A stretch of DNA of 64,000 nt from Candidatus Bathyarchaeia archaeon (GTDB taxonomy: Archaea > Thermoproteota > Bathyarchaeia > Bathyarchaeales > Bathycorpusculaceae), in the NCBI GenBank assembly GCA_038882975.1, contig JAVZNE010000005.1:1-64000 (forward strand), written 5' to 3'. Under the pieces are notes generated by a model. That model made no database searches. It was given only the letters and a program-made list of their open reading frames with translations, and had not been told where the DNA came from. The position numbers and the translations under genes were made by a program. Shown here one piece after another: positions 8,523 through 18,658 of the stretch. The stretch's first letter is position 1. Every line of letters begins with the position of its first letter.

Positions 8523-8996
8523 CTATTTATTTTTGTCGAAGTTATGTTGTTGGCTCTTAAGCCTGGTCACCTCAATTATTCCTATTCTGGCGTTGACCTT
8601 CACAAAATCTCCTGTACGGATTACTTCCATCGGATTTATCTCCGGCTTATCAACTATCGGAACAACCTTCCCATACATTTTTTCAGCCAATACTGCCCCC
8701 AAGGCTATCACGGGATCCGTTTCTAAGTTAACTATGGCTATTGGAGCCTTGCCGAGTCTGATGGACTCGAGTAAAACTGTAGTTCCGGAAACAGATCCTT
8801 TTCCATGAGGAAAAACTAAAACTTTTCCAGAGACCCTTTTTCCATACAGCTCATGCCTTCTATCCGTTATTAACCCTGACTTTGGGTTAAAGCCACCCCA
8901 CAAACTAAGCGGTTGGCTTGTAACTAAAGCTTCGCCATCGGCGATTCCTTCCACAACAGCGTGACATTTCATTACCAACTTTCCCATTTTCATCAT
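8523..8996 (-). CDS. Aconitase X small (swiveling) subunit, DUF126
   Basis: GEALVTSQPLSLWGG..GKVLVFPHGKGS; adjacent to the large subunit. Confidence 0.9.
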   Translation of the reverse strand: MMKMGKLVMKCHAVVEGIADGEALVTSQPLSLWGGFNPKSGLITDRRHELYGKRVSGKVLVFPHGKGSVSGTTVLLESIRLGKAPIAIVNLETDPVIALGAVLAEKMYGKVVPIVDKPEINPMEVIRTGDFVKVNARIGIIEVTRLKSQQHNFDKNK

Positions 8997-10216
8997 CCAC
9001 TTTTACTTATCGCCCTTTCCACACATTTTTCAATATCTCCAAATATAACATCCATTTTAGTAAGTCCCTGAATGTAGTGAGCCATTTTCGCTGAGTCTGT
9101 CATCAATACCTTAAAATTCCATTTTCCTAATGGGAAGTAAAGAAGGCAAGCGTCAGCGATGACTCTGCCGCCAGCCTTCTCTATAAAATTAACGATTCCA
9201 ACGTCGCGAGCCAGCAATTTGGCCATTCTAGATGTGAACACCCAAAACTCGATTCCTTTCTTGACCTTTTTACCCTTGAGAAGATGTGCCACCATCCTTA
9301 ACTGTTCAACTGAGTAGTGAGGACAGCCGAGAGCTACCAAGTCCACTTTGCTTTCTCCAGTTGTACTCAAGTTTTCCTTCACTTCTTCAAATTCTTTAGG
9401 TCCAACATCTACTTTTTCCTTAGCTTTCATTTCATCTAATTTTTTGACTTCTGGAGTGACACCGCAGATGTGACATAAGGCCACAGAGCCTGAAGTCGCT
9501 GCCGCTGCTCCGAAAGCTTTAAGCTGGTCGCAGGTGACATTTTTGGGTATTCCCTTAACGATGGGGATTTGTCCACCAGCCACTGAGCCCACATAAAAAC
9601 CTAAAACTGCGTAGTCTGAGCATGAAAAGGAGTTTGTTGGTAAGTCTTTAACTTCGAAAAGGATGTTCCCCCGCCTATTCTCTTCAAGGTAAAGCCCAAA
9701 GTTTGGAACTTTTCCAACTATTGCTGCACACACATCCACTAAATCCCCAAATCTATTCGTCCTCGCGCCTATTACGGAGTTAGCAAATAAAACGGCGTTA
9801 GACTCCCCCCAAGCAATGTTTTGGCCAAATCTAAGGTTGGCACCATATTGATAAGGGGCACAAGTCCATGTGGTAATAGCCCCCATTTTCTTGTAGGCTT
9901 TCGCCAATCTAATTTGCTTCTTTACCAGTAAGCGGGGTAAACCTAACTCTTTCCACCTTTCAAAATCAATGGCCGCAGTGTTTAGGGTTGTAGGAACCAT
10001 AAAGGAAGCATTCAGTCTGGAAAGTTTTTCGCAGAGCTCTAACCCAGCTTCATGAATCGTCGCGTATGAAGCCGCGTCTATGTGCACATTCTCGATCTTT
10101 ATCATTTTATCAGCTCCGTAGATTTCTCCCATTTTAACTAGGATGGACATGGCTATCTCTAGGGCTTCGCCGTACTCCCCGTCTAACATGGCTTCCTCGT
10201 TTTTTGTCAAGAACAA
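8993..10216 (-). CDS. Aconitase X catalytic subunit, DUF521
   Basis: MFLT.EE.ML.GEYG, TCAPY, WGESNA..ANSVIGARTN, GCPHYS, DAC, TDSAK. Confidence 0.92.
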   Translation of the reverse strand: MFLTKNEEAMLDGEYGEALEIAMSILVKMGEIYGADKMIKIENVHIDAASYATIHEAGLELCEKLSRLNASFMVPTTLNTAAIDFERWKELGLPRLLVKKQIRLAKAYKKMGAITTWTCAPYQYGANLRFGQNIAWGESNAVLFANSVIGARTNRFGDLVDVCAAIVGKVPNFGLYLEENRRGNILFEVKDLPTNSFSCSDYAVLGFYVGSVAGGQIPIVKGIPKNVTCDQLKAFGAAAATSGSVALCHICGVTPEVKKLDEMKAKEKVDVGPKEFEEVKENLSTTGESKVDLVALGCPHYSVEQLRMVAHLLKGKKVKKGIEFWVFTSRMAKLLARDVGIVNFIEKAGGRVIADACLLYFPLGKWNFKVLMTDSAKMAHYIQGLTKMDVIFGDIEKCVERAISKSG

Positions 10217-10417
10217 TGTGTTCCTCTCCTCGGCTACATCAAAACGTTGATGCGTCGGCTATAAGGGTGTCTATTAATCGCCTTTTCAACCGTTTAAGTT
10301 TTGCCATAAGTAAGCTCTTTGTCTTTCCCAGAGGTTGTAGGTTCATGTTATGTAGTAATGTTTTTATATTTGGCATGAGTATTAAGTCTTACGATGCAGT
10401 ATGGGGCGGAGGTTGAA

Positions 10418-10505
10418 GGCTGAGCAAGGGCAGCCAAAATCGGTTTTTCCGTTTTCGAAGCCTTCTCCTTTCTCCTCGATGACGGAAATGGCTGCTCTTT
10501 CAGCC
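10418..10505 (+). other. Long intergenic hairpin with CU-rich loop
   Basis: Stems ggctga/tcagcc, aagggcagcca/tggctgctctt and tttccgtt/gacggaaa, with G:U pairs on the + strand; loop ccttctcctttctcc. Confidence 0.6.
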
Positions 10506-10560
10506 AAAAAACAATGAAAGCCCCTCAACCAAGCCTAATGTTAAATGGAGGTACACAAAC

Positions 10561-10707
10561 GTGGAAGAAGGCAGAAAAACCCTAGAGAGGCTTTATGAAG
10601 AGTTTGTAAAGTTTGAGAGGGCTATGGAGGAACTACGCTTTTTAAAGATGGTGGCACAAGACCTCAAAAGTTTTAGAAGAATGTTGAGATTTAGAAAATA
10701 CGATTAA
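10561..10707 (+). CDS. Small hypothetical protein (48 aa), absent from the ORF track
   Basis: GGAGGT SD upstream of GTG; MEEGRKTLERLYEEFVKFERAMEELRFLKMVAQDLKSFRRMLRFRKYD, amphipathic helix. Confidence 0.55.
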   Translation: MEEGRKTLERLYEEFVKFERAMEELRFLKMVAQDLKSFRRMLRFRKYD

Positions 10708-10768
10708 GAATTAATAGCACCTAAAGTAAAGGCTTTAAACATTTTTGCCACTATCATTTTGACTGAAT

Positions 10769-12193
10769 ATGGAGCCTAAACAAGGGGAAATTTCCTTCTT
10801 TAACACTTTGACGCGTAGGAAGGAGAAGTTTGTTCCTTTAGAAGAGGGCAAGGTTAGGATTTACACTTGTGGTCCCACGGTTTATGATTATGCCCACATT
10901 GGAAACTTTAGGACTTTCGTTTTTCAAGACTTGTTGAGGAGGTGGCTGGAGTACAGGGGTTTTAAGGTAATACAGGTTATGAATATTACCGATGTTGATG
11001 ATAAAACAATTAGGGGGGCCAGAAGGCAAAACATTCCTTTGAAGGAATACACAGACTATTATATGAAGGCGTTTTTTGAGGATATAGAGGCGTTAAACCT
11101 TGAAAAGGCTGAATATTATCCTAGGGCTACAGAGCATATTCCGGAAATGGTTGATTTGATTAAGAGGCTTATGGAGAAGGGTTACGCCTACAGAGGCGAA
11201 GATGGCTCCATCTACTATGATATTTCAAAGTTTAAGGATTATGGGAAACTTTCAAAGTTGAAAATTGAAGAGTTGAAGCCCGGGGCTAGGGTGAAAGTCG
11301 ACGAATATGGAAAGGAAGAAGCCCGCGACTTCGCCCTTTGGAAGGCTTGGGATGAAGAAGATGGCAATGTCTTTTGGGAGACGGAGATTGGTAAAGGAAG
11401 ACCTGGATGGCACATTGAATGCTCAACCATGGCAATGAAGTATTTGGGCGAGACCATAGACATTCACAGCGGAGGCGTCGACCTAATTTTCCCACATCAC
11501 GAAAATGAGATTGCCCAAAGCGAGGCTGCCACCGGCAAGACCTTTGCCCGTTACTGGCTTCATTCTGAGCATTTGCTTGTTGAAGGCAGACGCATGGCGA
11601 AAAGATATGGCAACTTTTACACGTTAAGGGATTTGATGGCGAAGGGTTATGATCCTTTGGCTATACGTTATTTGCTTATGTCAACCCACTACAGGCAACA
11701 GTTGAATTTCACCTTTGAGGGGCTTGAGGCTGCTAAAGGCGCTGTTGACAGATTAACAACATTCGTTAGGAGACTGTTGGAAGCGGAGGGAGTGGGCTGT
11801 GGTGAAGAAATAAAACGTTTAATGGTTGATGTGCAGGAACGTTTTGAAAGCGCTATGGGCGATGACCTAAACATAAGTGTGGCTTTAGCCGCCCTCTTCG
11901 ACTTCGTTAGAGACGTGAATAAGCTTATGGATGAGAACAAACTGAGCAGACAAGAAGCTGAAGAAGTCTATAATCTGATGATGAAGTTTGACAAAGTTTT
12001 GGGGTTGATCGGCGAAGTCAAAGCCGGAGAGAAGCTGCCTCCAGAGGCTGAGGAGCTTATTAGAAGACGGGAGGAAGCCAGAAAAGCCAAGGACTGGGCG
12101 ACTGCTGACAAATTTAGGGAGCAGCTTAGGGCTATGGGCATAATATTGGAGGATACGCCTCAAGGGGTTAAGTGGCGAATAGAAAAACGTTAG
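10769..12193 (+). CDS. cysS: Cysteinyl-tRNA synthetase
   Basis: CGPTVYD.AHIGN, GRPGWHIEC, DLIFPHHENE, DALR/anticodon domains; KMSKS loop reads RMAKR. Confidence 0.97.
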   Translation: MEPKQGEISFFNTLTRRKEKFVPLEEGKVRIYTCGPTVYDYAHIGNFRTFVFQDLLRRWLEYRGFKVIQVMNITDVDDKTIRGARRQNIPLKEYTDYYMKAFFEDIEALNLEKAEYYPRATEHIPEMVDLIKRLMEKGYAYRGEDGSIYYDISKFKDYGKLSKLKIEELKPGARVKVDEYGKEEARDFALWKAWDEEDGNVFWETEIGKGRPGWHIECSTMAMKYLGETIDIHSGGVDLIFPHHENEIAQSEAATGKTFARYWLHSEHLLVEGRRMAKRYGNFYTLRDLMAKGYDPLAIRYLLMSTHYRQQLNFTFEGLEAAKGAVDRLTTFVRRLLEAEGVGCGEEIKRLMVDVQERFESAMGDDLNISVALAALFDFVRDVNKLMDENKLSRQEAEEVYNLMMKFDKVLGLIGEVKAGEKLPPEAEELIRRREEARKAKDWATADKFREQLRAMGIILEDTPQGVKWRIEKR

Positions 12194-12301
12194 AAGTAGC
12201 ACAGTCGTTACACTTTGGTCCTCTCGAAATTGTTATTAAGGTTGTTGGCTTCTATGCTTTTGTTATGAGCTCAGCTCGAAGAGGTGAAACTAAAACAATG
12301 A

Positions 12302-15300
12302 GTGGTGATGGTGGTGAAAAGCCAGCATGCAAAGTTTTCAAGCGTTGGCGAGTTTTCGGGCTGGGCTCTTCCGAGTGCTGAAGAGATTTTAACCCTGCCG
12401 ATTGAGGAGCTTCTTAAACTTTTAAACACGTCTTTGGCTGGGCTTTCTTCCGAAGATGCGGAAGAGCGTCTCAAGGTATTTGGCTACAACGAGCTTGTTA
12501 AGAAAAGGAAGAGAGCAGCCATCATCGATTTTCTCTTTCATTTCAAAAGTCCGTTAATAATCATCCTTCTTATAGCTGGGTTAATTTCAGGCTTTTTTGG
12601 AGAGGTTGTGAACACAGCAATAATATTCTCCATAGTGACGTTCAGCGTGGTCTTAGACTTTTATCAAGAGTCTAAGGCTGAAAGGGCTGCTGAAATGCTG
12701 AAACAGAGAGTGGCGACGACAGCCACGGTTTTGAGAGATGGAATGAAACGGGAAGTTAGGCTTACTGAGATTGTTCCCGGTGACATAATATTTCTTTCAG
12801 CAGGCGACATTGTGCCTGCAGACGCCCGGGTTGTAAACGCCAAAGATTTGTTCGTGAATCAATCCACGTTGACCGGTGAGTCTTTTCCCGTTGAGAAGAC
12901 TGGTTTGCCGTTGAAATCTTATGAGCCGTCGATAACGGAATGGAGTAACTATCTTTTTATGGGCACTTCTGTTGTGAGCGGGACAGCGACCGCTGTTGTT
13001 GTGAAGACTGGAAGTCTAACGGAGTATGGGAAGATTGCGAAGAGGCTTGTGGAAAGGGAGGCTGAGACGGAGTTCCAGAGGGGGATTCGGAGCTTTGGCT
13101 ACATGATAATGCAAGTAACTTTTTTACTGGTCATATTTGTGTTTTTCATCAATGCTCTCTACATGCGCAGCGTTTTGGATTCGCTTCTTTTTGCTGTGGC
13201 TTTGGCTGTGGGCTTAACGCCGGAACTTTTGCCTATGATAATTTCAGTTAACCTTTCTAAGGGCGCCATGGCGATGGCTAAAAGAGGCGTTATTGTAAAG
13301 CGGTTAGCCGCCATACAAAATTTTGGAAGCATGGATGTCTTATGCACGGATAAAACCGGAACTTTGACGGAAAACAGGATAAAGCTTGTGCTTCATGTTG
13401 ACCTCAATGGTGAAGAATGCGAGAAGGTTTTGCTTTATTCCTACCTTAACAGCTACTTCCAAACAGGATTAAAAAGTCCCCTCGACGAGGCGATATTGAA
13501 TTTTAGGGATATAGACGTTAAGGATTATCGGAAAATCGATGAAGTGCCATTTGACTTTGTACGCAAACGCCTTTCTGTTGTGGTGGAATATCAGAATCAG
13601 CGTTTTATGATCACAAAGGGTGCTCCCGAGGAAGTTGTAAAAGTTTGCGATTACTATGAGGTTAGAGAAATTATAGCCGACATAACCGATGATGTGCGCA
13701 GAAAAATAGAGCAGCAATATGTTGCACTTAGCAGTGAAGGTTATAGGGTTTTGGGCGTATCCTACAAACGTGTAAGAGAAGACAAACCCGTGTACGCTGC
13801 AGGCGACGAGAAGGAAATGGTGTTTTTGGGTTTTGTCGCTTTCTTGGACCCGCCTAAAGAGACAGCTAAAGAGTCGCTTCAGCTTCTAAAAAGTGCTGGT
13901 GTGGAATTGAAAATTCTTACAGGCGATAATGAACTGGTGACCAGAAAAGTTTGTGATTACTTAGGTTTAGAAATAAAGGGAATCGTGACGGGAAGCGAAA
14001 TTGCACAAATGCACGATGATGCCCTTGCCAGAGTTGTTGAAGAAGCAAACGTTTTCTGTAGAGTTACACCAGCACAAAAAGACCGCATAATAAATGCTTT
14101 AAGGAACAACGGGCATGTTGTGGGGTTTTTAGGCGACGGGATAAATGATGCACCATCTCTTAAAAGCGCAGACGTAGGCATATCCGTGGACAATGCAGTT
14201 GACGTTGCAAAGGAATCTGCAGACATAATTCTTTTACAGAACGATTTAACAGTGCTTCATGATGGAGTCTTGGAGGGCAGGAAAACCTTCGGCAACACCA
14301 TGAAGTATATCATGATGGGGGTGAGCTCAAACTTTGGAAACATGTTCAGCGTTGCCGGTGCATCCTTATTCCTGCCTTTCTTGCCAATGCTGCCCATACA
14401 AATACTTCTTAACAACCTCCTCTATGATTTTTCGCAGTCGGCGATACCCACGGACGAAGTTGATCAAGAATACATCGAAAAGCCAAAAAGGTGGGATATA
14501 CACTTCATCAGGCTATTCATGGTGTGTCTTGGACCCGTCAGCTCCCTCTTCGACTTCATAACATTCTTTGTGATGCTTTTCGCCTTTAACGCCTCTGAGC
14601 CGCTGTTCCAAACAGCATGGTTTATAGAATCCCTAACCTCGCAAACCCTTGTAATTTTTGTCATCAGAACAAAGAAGTCGCCGTTCTGGAGAAGCAGACC
14701 GAGCGGGCTCTTACTTGTGAGCAGCACGGCAATAATCGCGTTTGCGTTGATACTGCCATACACACCGTTAGGAACGATTTTCCAGTTTGCGAAACCTCCA
14801 CTAACTTTCTTCGTAGCATTAGCCGCAATTCTAGGCTCATATTTGGCCATGGCTGAGGCTGTCAAAAGATGGTTTTATAAGAGGCATGGCTACAGGCTAG
14901 AACAGACCCTTATACCGCCAAGAAAAATTGGCATTTACTTGAGCAAAACCGCCAAGCTGGTGCAGAACATGGTTGCTGTAATATGCCTACGCTTTGAAAG
15001 CGAAATTTCAATAGACTCTCTAGTTGAAGATTTAAAAGATTGCCTAGGCTACCCGTTGGATGAAGAGCAGATTTTCCACAACCTAAATCACATGCGCCGC
15101 GGTGGATTAATCAGCATAAATTGGCACAAGAGAACTGTAAAGCGGGAAAAAGCCATGAAAGAATATGTGACAAAACATGTGATGGGCGAGTTGTGGCCAA
15201 AAATAGCTGGTGACTGGCAGAGAGCCGGTGAACTTTTAAAAGTCAAGTATGGAAGGCTTAACAGCGAATACCTCGAGCTTTTGGATAGGCAACTTTACTC

Positions 15301-15310
15301 TAAGGCTTAA
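12302..15310 (+). CDS. mgtA: Mg2+-translocating P-type ATPase with C-terminal extension
   Basis: TGES, AVGLTPELLP, DKTGTLT, PFDF.RKR, GDGINDAP, SSNFGN, LLNNLLYD. Confidence 0.93.
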   Translation: MVMVVKSQHAKFSSVGEFSGWALPSAEEILTLPIEELLKLLNTSLAGLSSEDAEERLKVFGYNELVKKRKRAAIIDFLFHFKSPLIIILLIAGLISGFFGEVVNTAIIFSIVTFSVVLDFYQESKAERAAEMLKQRVATTATVLRDGMKREVRLTEIVPGDIIFLSAGDIVPADARVVNAKDLFVNQSTLTGESFPVEKTGLPLKSYEPSITEWSNYLFMGTSVVSGTATAVVVKTGSLTEYGKIAKRLVEREAETEFQRGIRSFGYMIMQVTFLLVIFVFFINALYMRSVLDSLLFAVALAVGLTPELLPMIISVNLSKGAMAMAKRGVIVKRLAAIQNFGSMDVLCTDKTGTLTENRIKLVLHVDLNGEECEKVLLYSYLNSYFQTGLKSPLDEAILNFRDIDVKDYRKIDEVPFDFVRKRLSVVVEYQNQRFMITKGAPEEVVKVCDYYEVREIIADITDDVRRKIEQQYVALSSEGYRVLGVSYKRVREDKPVYAAGDEKEMVFLGFVAFLDPPKETAKESLQLLKSAGVELKILTGDNELVTRKVCDYLGLEIKGIVTGSEIAQMHDDALARVVEEANVFCRVTPAQKDRIINALRNNGHVVGFLGDGINDAPSLKSADVGISVDNAVDVAKESADIILLQNDLTVLHDGVLEGRKTFGNTMKYIMMGVSSNFGNMFSVAGASLFLPFLPMLPIQILLNNLLYDFSQSAIPTDEVDQEYIEKPKRWDIHFIRLFMVCLGPVSSLFDFITFFVMLFAFNASEPLFQTAWFIESLTSQTLVIFVIRTKKSPFWRSRPSGLLLVSSTAIIAFALILPYTPLGTIFQFAKPPLTFFVALAAILGSYLAMAEAVKRWFYKRHGYRLEQTLIPPRKIGIYLSKTAKLVQNMVAVICLRFESEISIDSLVEDLKDCLGYPLDEEQIFHNLNHMRRGGLISINWHKRTVKREKAMKEYVTKHVMGELWPKIAGDWQRAGELLKVKYGRLNSEYLELLDRQLYSKA

Positions 15311-16106
15311 CAGACCGTAAAGACTCTTTTCCGTACATGTTCCATTCTGCTGTGGTGTACTTTTCTCTGCAAAGTTTTTCGGCTAACACCTTCTCATATT
15401 TTGTTAAGTCTCCGTTTTCAAGCCTTGTTTTTAACGCCTTTTTGAAGCCTTCGATCATGGTTTCGAGCATCATGGCATGTGGAATTTCTCTTCCAAGCTC
15501 CGCCTCTATTGAGGTTATCTTGTTTTTTGCTATGCCGATGACGTCCATGCATGTTTTTGCCCATGGAACTTTTAGAAAAGTGAACATCCTTTCAAGGTTT
15601 ACATCTACAAGTATTGTGCCGTGTTGTAAGACCATGTCGGATTTGTGGCACTGGGCGCTTCCGGAAATTTTCCTTCCATTTATTGTTAGGTTTGGGCATG
15701 CCCTTGCGTCGCCCTCGTTAAAGTCCGCTTTTAACCCCAGAATTTTTAGGGCTTCAACTATGCCAGCATAAATTTTTGCATAAACCTCTGTTATGTCCTT
15801 GGCGCCTAAATCCTCTTTGCTTGCGACTACGCTGTAGGTTATTTCGCCTTCCGCGTCGTGGTAGACCGTGCCTCCACCAGTTATCCGCCTAACAAAGTCA
15901 ACGCCATACCTTTGACAATTTTCCAGATAAACCTCATTCTCTATATTTTGAAAACGCCCAATGGAGACTGCTGAGGGGTTCCAGCAGTAAAACCTTACAG
16001 TGTTAGGCGCCAATCCCTTTATTCTCGCTTCTAACATAGCTTCGTCTATTGCCATATTCATGTATGCATTATGAGACTCAAACTTTAACAGTCTCCAACC
16101 AGCCAT
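15300..16106 (-). CDS. Lipoate-protein ligase A / octanoyltransferase family
   Basis: NMAIDEA, RRITGGGTVYHD, KISGSAQ, LQHGTIL. Confidence 0.9.
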   Translation of the reverse strand: MAGWRLLKFESHNAYMNMAIDEAMLEARIKGLAPNTVRFYCWNPSAVSIGRFQNIENEVYLENCQRYGVDFVRRITGGGTVYHDAEGEITYSVVASKEDLGAKDITEVYAKIYAGIVEALKILGLKADFNEGDARACPNLTINGRKISGSAQCHKSDMVLQHGTILVDVNLERMFTFLKVPWAKTCMDVIGIAKNKITSIEAELGREIPHAMMLETMIEGFKKALKTRLENGDLTKYEKVLAEKLCREKYTTAEWNMYGKESLRSVKP

Positions 16107-16369
16107 TTGTGAGCCCGCACACTTACACTACCTTTAATGTATTTCCTCGCTTTGAGAGTTTCTGTTTTGGAGCAGCTTCAAGCCAAACGGGCATCCCTTT
16201 TACATTTTAGCTCTATGTCCCGCTCATCTTTAACAAATTTACCCTTACCTATACGAGGGAACGAAAGAGACGGAAGCTTGATTGATTTTCGGAAAATGGC
16301 ATGTAGCCTAAAAATTTAAAAATAAAGTTCTAACACATTAATTCTCCGTTCAGCTCGGAAGGTGAAAAT

Positions 16370-17332
16370 ATGAGGAAAACATTAGCGGCTATCTTTAGTT
16401 TGATAATAATTGCATCCGTTTGGATGTTGAGGGCTGCTCCTGTTCAAGCATATATAGAAACGTATAACTGGGTTACACCGCCGTTCTATAGGGGTTACGA
16501 TGAATTTTACGGAGCCTATGTTATAGCCTATAAAGCAGGTTCAACTGCACAGTTAATGGTAAGAGTATATAACGACTGGTATACCCCGCAAATAACAGTC
16601 ATAGCTGTCAAGGTCTGGTTTGACTGGAACATAAACTATAGTTCAACCGAAACCCCATGTACTATGCAACGCTATGAATACCGTAACTTCATTATTAATG
16701 TCACTGTTCCAGGCACGAATGTCGCGTCTAACATGATACCACACAACTATAGGATATACGTTGAGTTCACCTATGATATTGGTAGGTATTATTGGAGCTA
16801 CTACCCCTATGAATACTTTGCCGTTTACTCGCCAGATCAAGCCGACGCATTTGACTTATCTAACAAGTATCAGGTCTATTATAACAGCTTTCCTTACTAC
16901 TACTTTGAAAGTGCAGAGGCCCGTTCTCTAAGGCTTCAAGCAATTGTTGCGGCAATTTTGGGTTCGCAATATTACTCGCGTGGAGACTTCGCTAGAGCCA
17001 AGACGCAATATGGAACAGCCGTTAACTTGTATGAGCAGGCGCTTACTAAAGAAACAGAATATACGGTGCGTCTTCAAGAATTAGAGTTGAACATCACCCA
17101 AACAGAATTAGAAATTAATAAAATCGAAGCTGAAGCAAGGAAAACTGAAGCTGAAGCTGCGATGGTTATGGCAAACGCGACGAAAACTCAAGCTGACGCT
17201 GCAATAATTACGGCAAATGCAATCATGAACCAGTCATATGCATTGCTTCTCTTCAGCATAGGCTTCGTTATCATGGGTATTGGAGTGCTTGTCTACGCAG
17301 CTAGGAAGCCGAAAACGCCTCAACCACAATAA
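16370..17332 (+). CDS. Secreted, membrane-anchored hypothetical protein
   Basis: Signal peptide, Tyr-rich beta domain, helical stalk, C-terminal TM followed by basic tail. Confidence 0.8.
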   Translation: MRKTLAAIFSLIIIASVWMLRAAPVQAYIETYNWVTPPFYRGYDEFYGAYVIAYKAGSTAQLMVRVYNDWYTPQITVIAVKVWFDWNINYSSTETPCTMQRYEYRNFIINVTVPGTNVASNMIPHNYRIYVEFTYDIGRYYWSYYPYEYFAVYSPDQADAFDLSNKYQVYYNSFPYYYFESAEARSLRLQAIVAAILGSQYYSRGDFARAKTQYGTAVNLYEQALTKETEYTVRLQELELNITQTELEINKIEAEARKTEAEAAMVMANATKTQADAAIITANAIMNQSYALLLFSIGFVIMGIGVLVYAARKPKTPQPQ

Positions 17333-17355
17333 CAACTTTCCTTTTTTCTCTTTTT
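17333..17355 (+). terminator. Oligo-T archaeal terminator
   Basis: ctttccttttttctctttttg immediately after the stop codon. Confidence 0.5.
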
Positions 17356-17563
17356 GAAAATTTAAGTCAAACTCAAGGCAGCCCTTACAATTTTCTAAAT
17401 CCTAATGCATTAAATGGGGGCATTAAAAATGAACTGGCAAAACATTTCCTTTTTAAATGTTTATATATTGCGCATGCAAGACATTCAGAATCAAGTAACT
17501 AGACAAGCAAGTAGGTTAAATATTAGATGTGTGATTAGACGTAGCAAGAGGAAAATGTAAGCT

Positions 17564-18004
17564 ATGGGTTCAAAATCTCCAAGGGGCGAGTTCGCCGCAA
17601 GAAAACTTGCAGAAAAGCGGAAGAAGTTCCGCTGGAGTAGCATGTACTATAAAAGGCGCATGCTGGGCTTGGATGTTAAGGCTGACCCCCTTGAAGGGGC
17701 TCCCATGGCTAGGGGCATAGTCCTCGAAAAGGTTGGTGTGGAAAGCAAACAGCCCAACAGCGCCATAAGAAAATGTGTCCGAGTCCAGCTTATCAAGAAT
17801 GGGAAGGTCATAACTGCTTTTCTGCCCGGGGACGGAGCCTTAAACGTTGTGGACGAGCATGACGAGGTGATAGTTGAGGGGATTGGGGGCTCCCGTGGGA
17901 GAAGCATGGGTGACATTCCCGGCGTCCGCTGGAAGGTCATAATGGTTAACGGTGTTTCTCTTAAGGAGCTTGTGCTTGGTAGGAAGCAGAAGCCTATGCG
18001 GTGA
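17564..18004 (+). CDS. rps12: 30S ribosomal protein S12 (uS12)
   Basis: [30 protein letters not shown]. Confidence 0.98.
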   Translation: MGSKSPRGEFAARKLAEKRKKFRWSSMYYKRRMLGLDVKADPLEGAPMARGIVLEKVGVESKQPNSAIRKCVRVQLIKNGKVITAFLPGDGALNVVDEHDEVIVEGIGGSRGRSMGDIPGVRWKVIMVNGVSLKELVLGRKQKPMR

Positions 18005-18648
18005 TAAAGTTGAGTAAGGAGCAGAAGGGACAAAAGGAAGTTAAAGAGGCGGAACAGAAGAAGATTGAGCGGAAGGCGGAGGAGAAGGAGATAAAGCTTT
18101 TCGGAAAATGGAGTTTTAAGGATGTTGAAGTTAAGGATTTAGGCTTGCAAAGATATGTTTCACTTAAACCAATCATTATTCCTCACACGATGGGGCGCCA
18201 TGAACACAAACGCTTTGGAAAGGCAAATGTGAACATTGTAGAAAGACTTGTAAACAACCTCATGCGGCCAGGAAAAAATGCTGGTAAAAAGGCAAAAGCC
18301 ATAAACATTGTTAAGCATGCCTTCGAAATAATTTACTTGCGGACTGGAAGAAATCCGATAGAGGTTCTTGTGAGGGCTGTTGAGAATTCTGCGCCATGCG
18401 AGGATACAACAAGAATCGCCTACGGTGGCATAGTCTACCACTTGTCAGTTGACGTCTCACCCCAGAGAAGGGTTGACTTGGCTTTACGGTACATATGCGA
18501 GGGAGCTCGGCAGGCGGCAATGCATAATCCCCGCTCTATTGAAGAGTGCCTAGCAGAAGAGCTCATTTTGGCGGCAAACAACGACATGAAAAGCTATGCA
18601 GTCTCAAAGCGTCACGAGCTTGAAAGGATAGCTATGGCTTCAAGATAG
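18001..18648 (+). CDS. rps7: 30S ribosomal protein S7 (uS7)
   Basis: [37 protein letters not shown]. Confidence 0.97.
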   Translation: MIKLSKEQKGQKEVKEAEQKKIERKAEEKEIKLFGKWSFKDVEVKDLGLQRYVSLKPIIIPHTMGRHEHKRFGKANVNIVERLVNNLMRPGKNAGKKAKAINIVKHAFEIIYLRTGRNPIEVLVRAVENSAPCEDTTRIAYGGIVYHLSVDVSPQRRVDLALRYICEGARQAAMHNPRSIEECLAEELILAANNDMKSYAVSKRHELERIAMASR

Positions 18649-18658
18649 CCTCGCCAAT

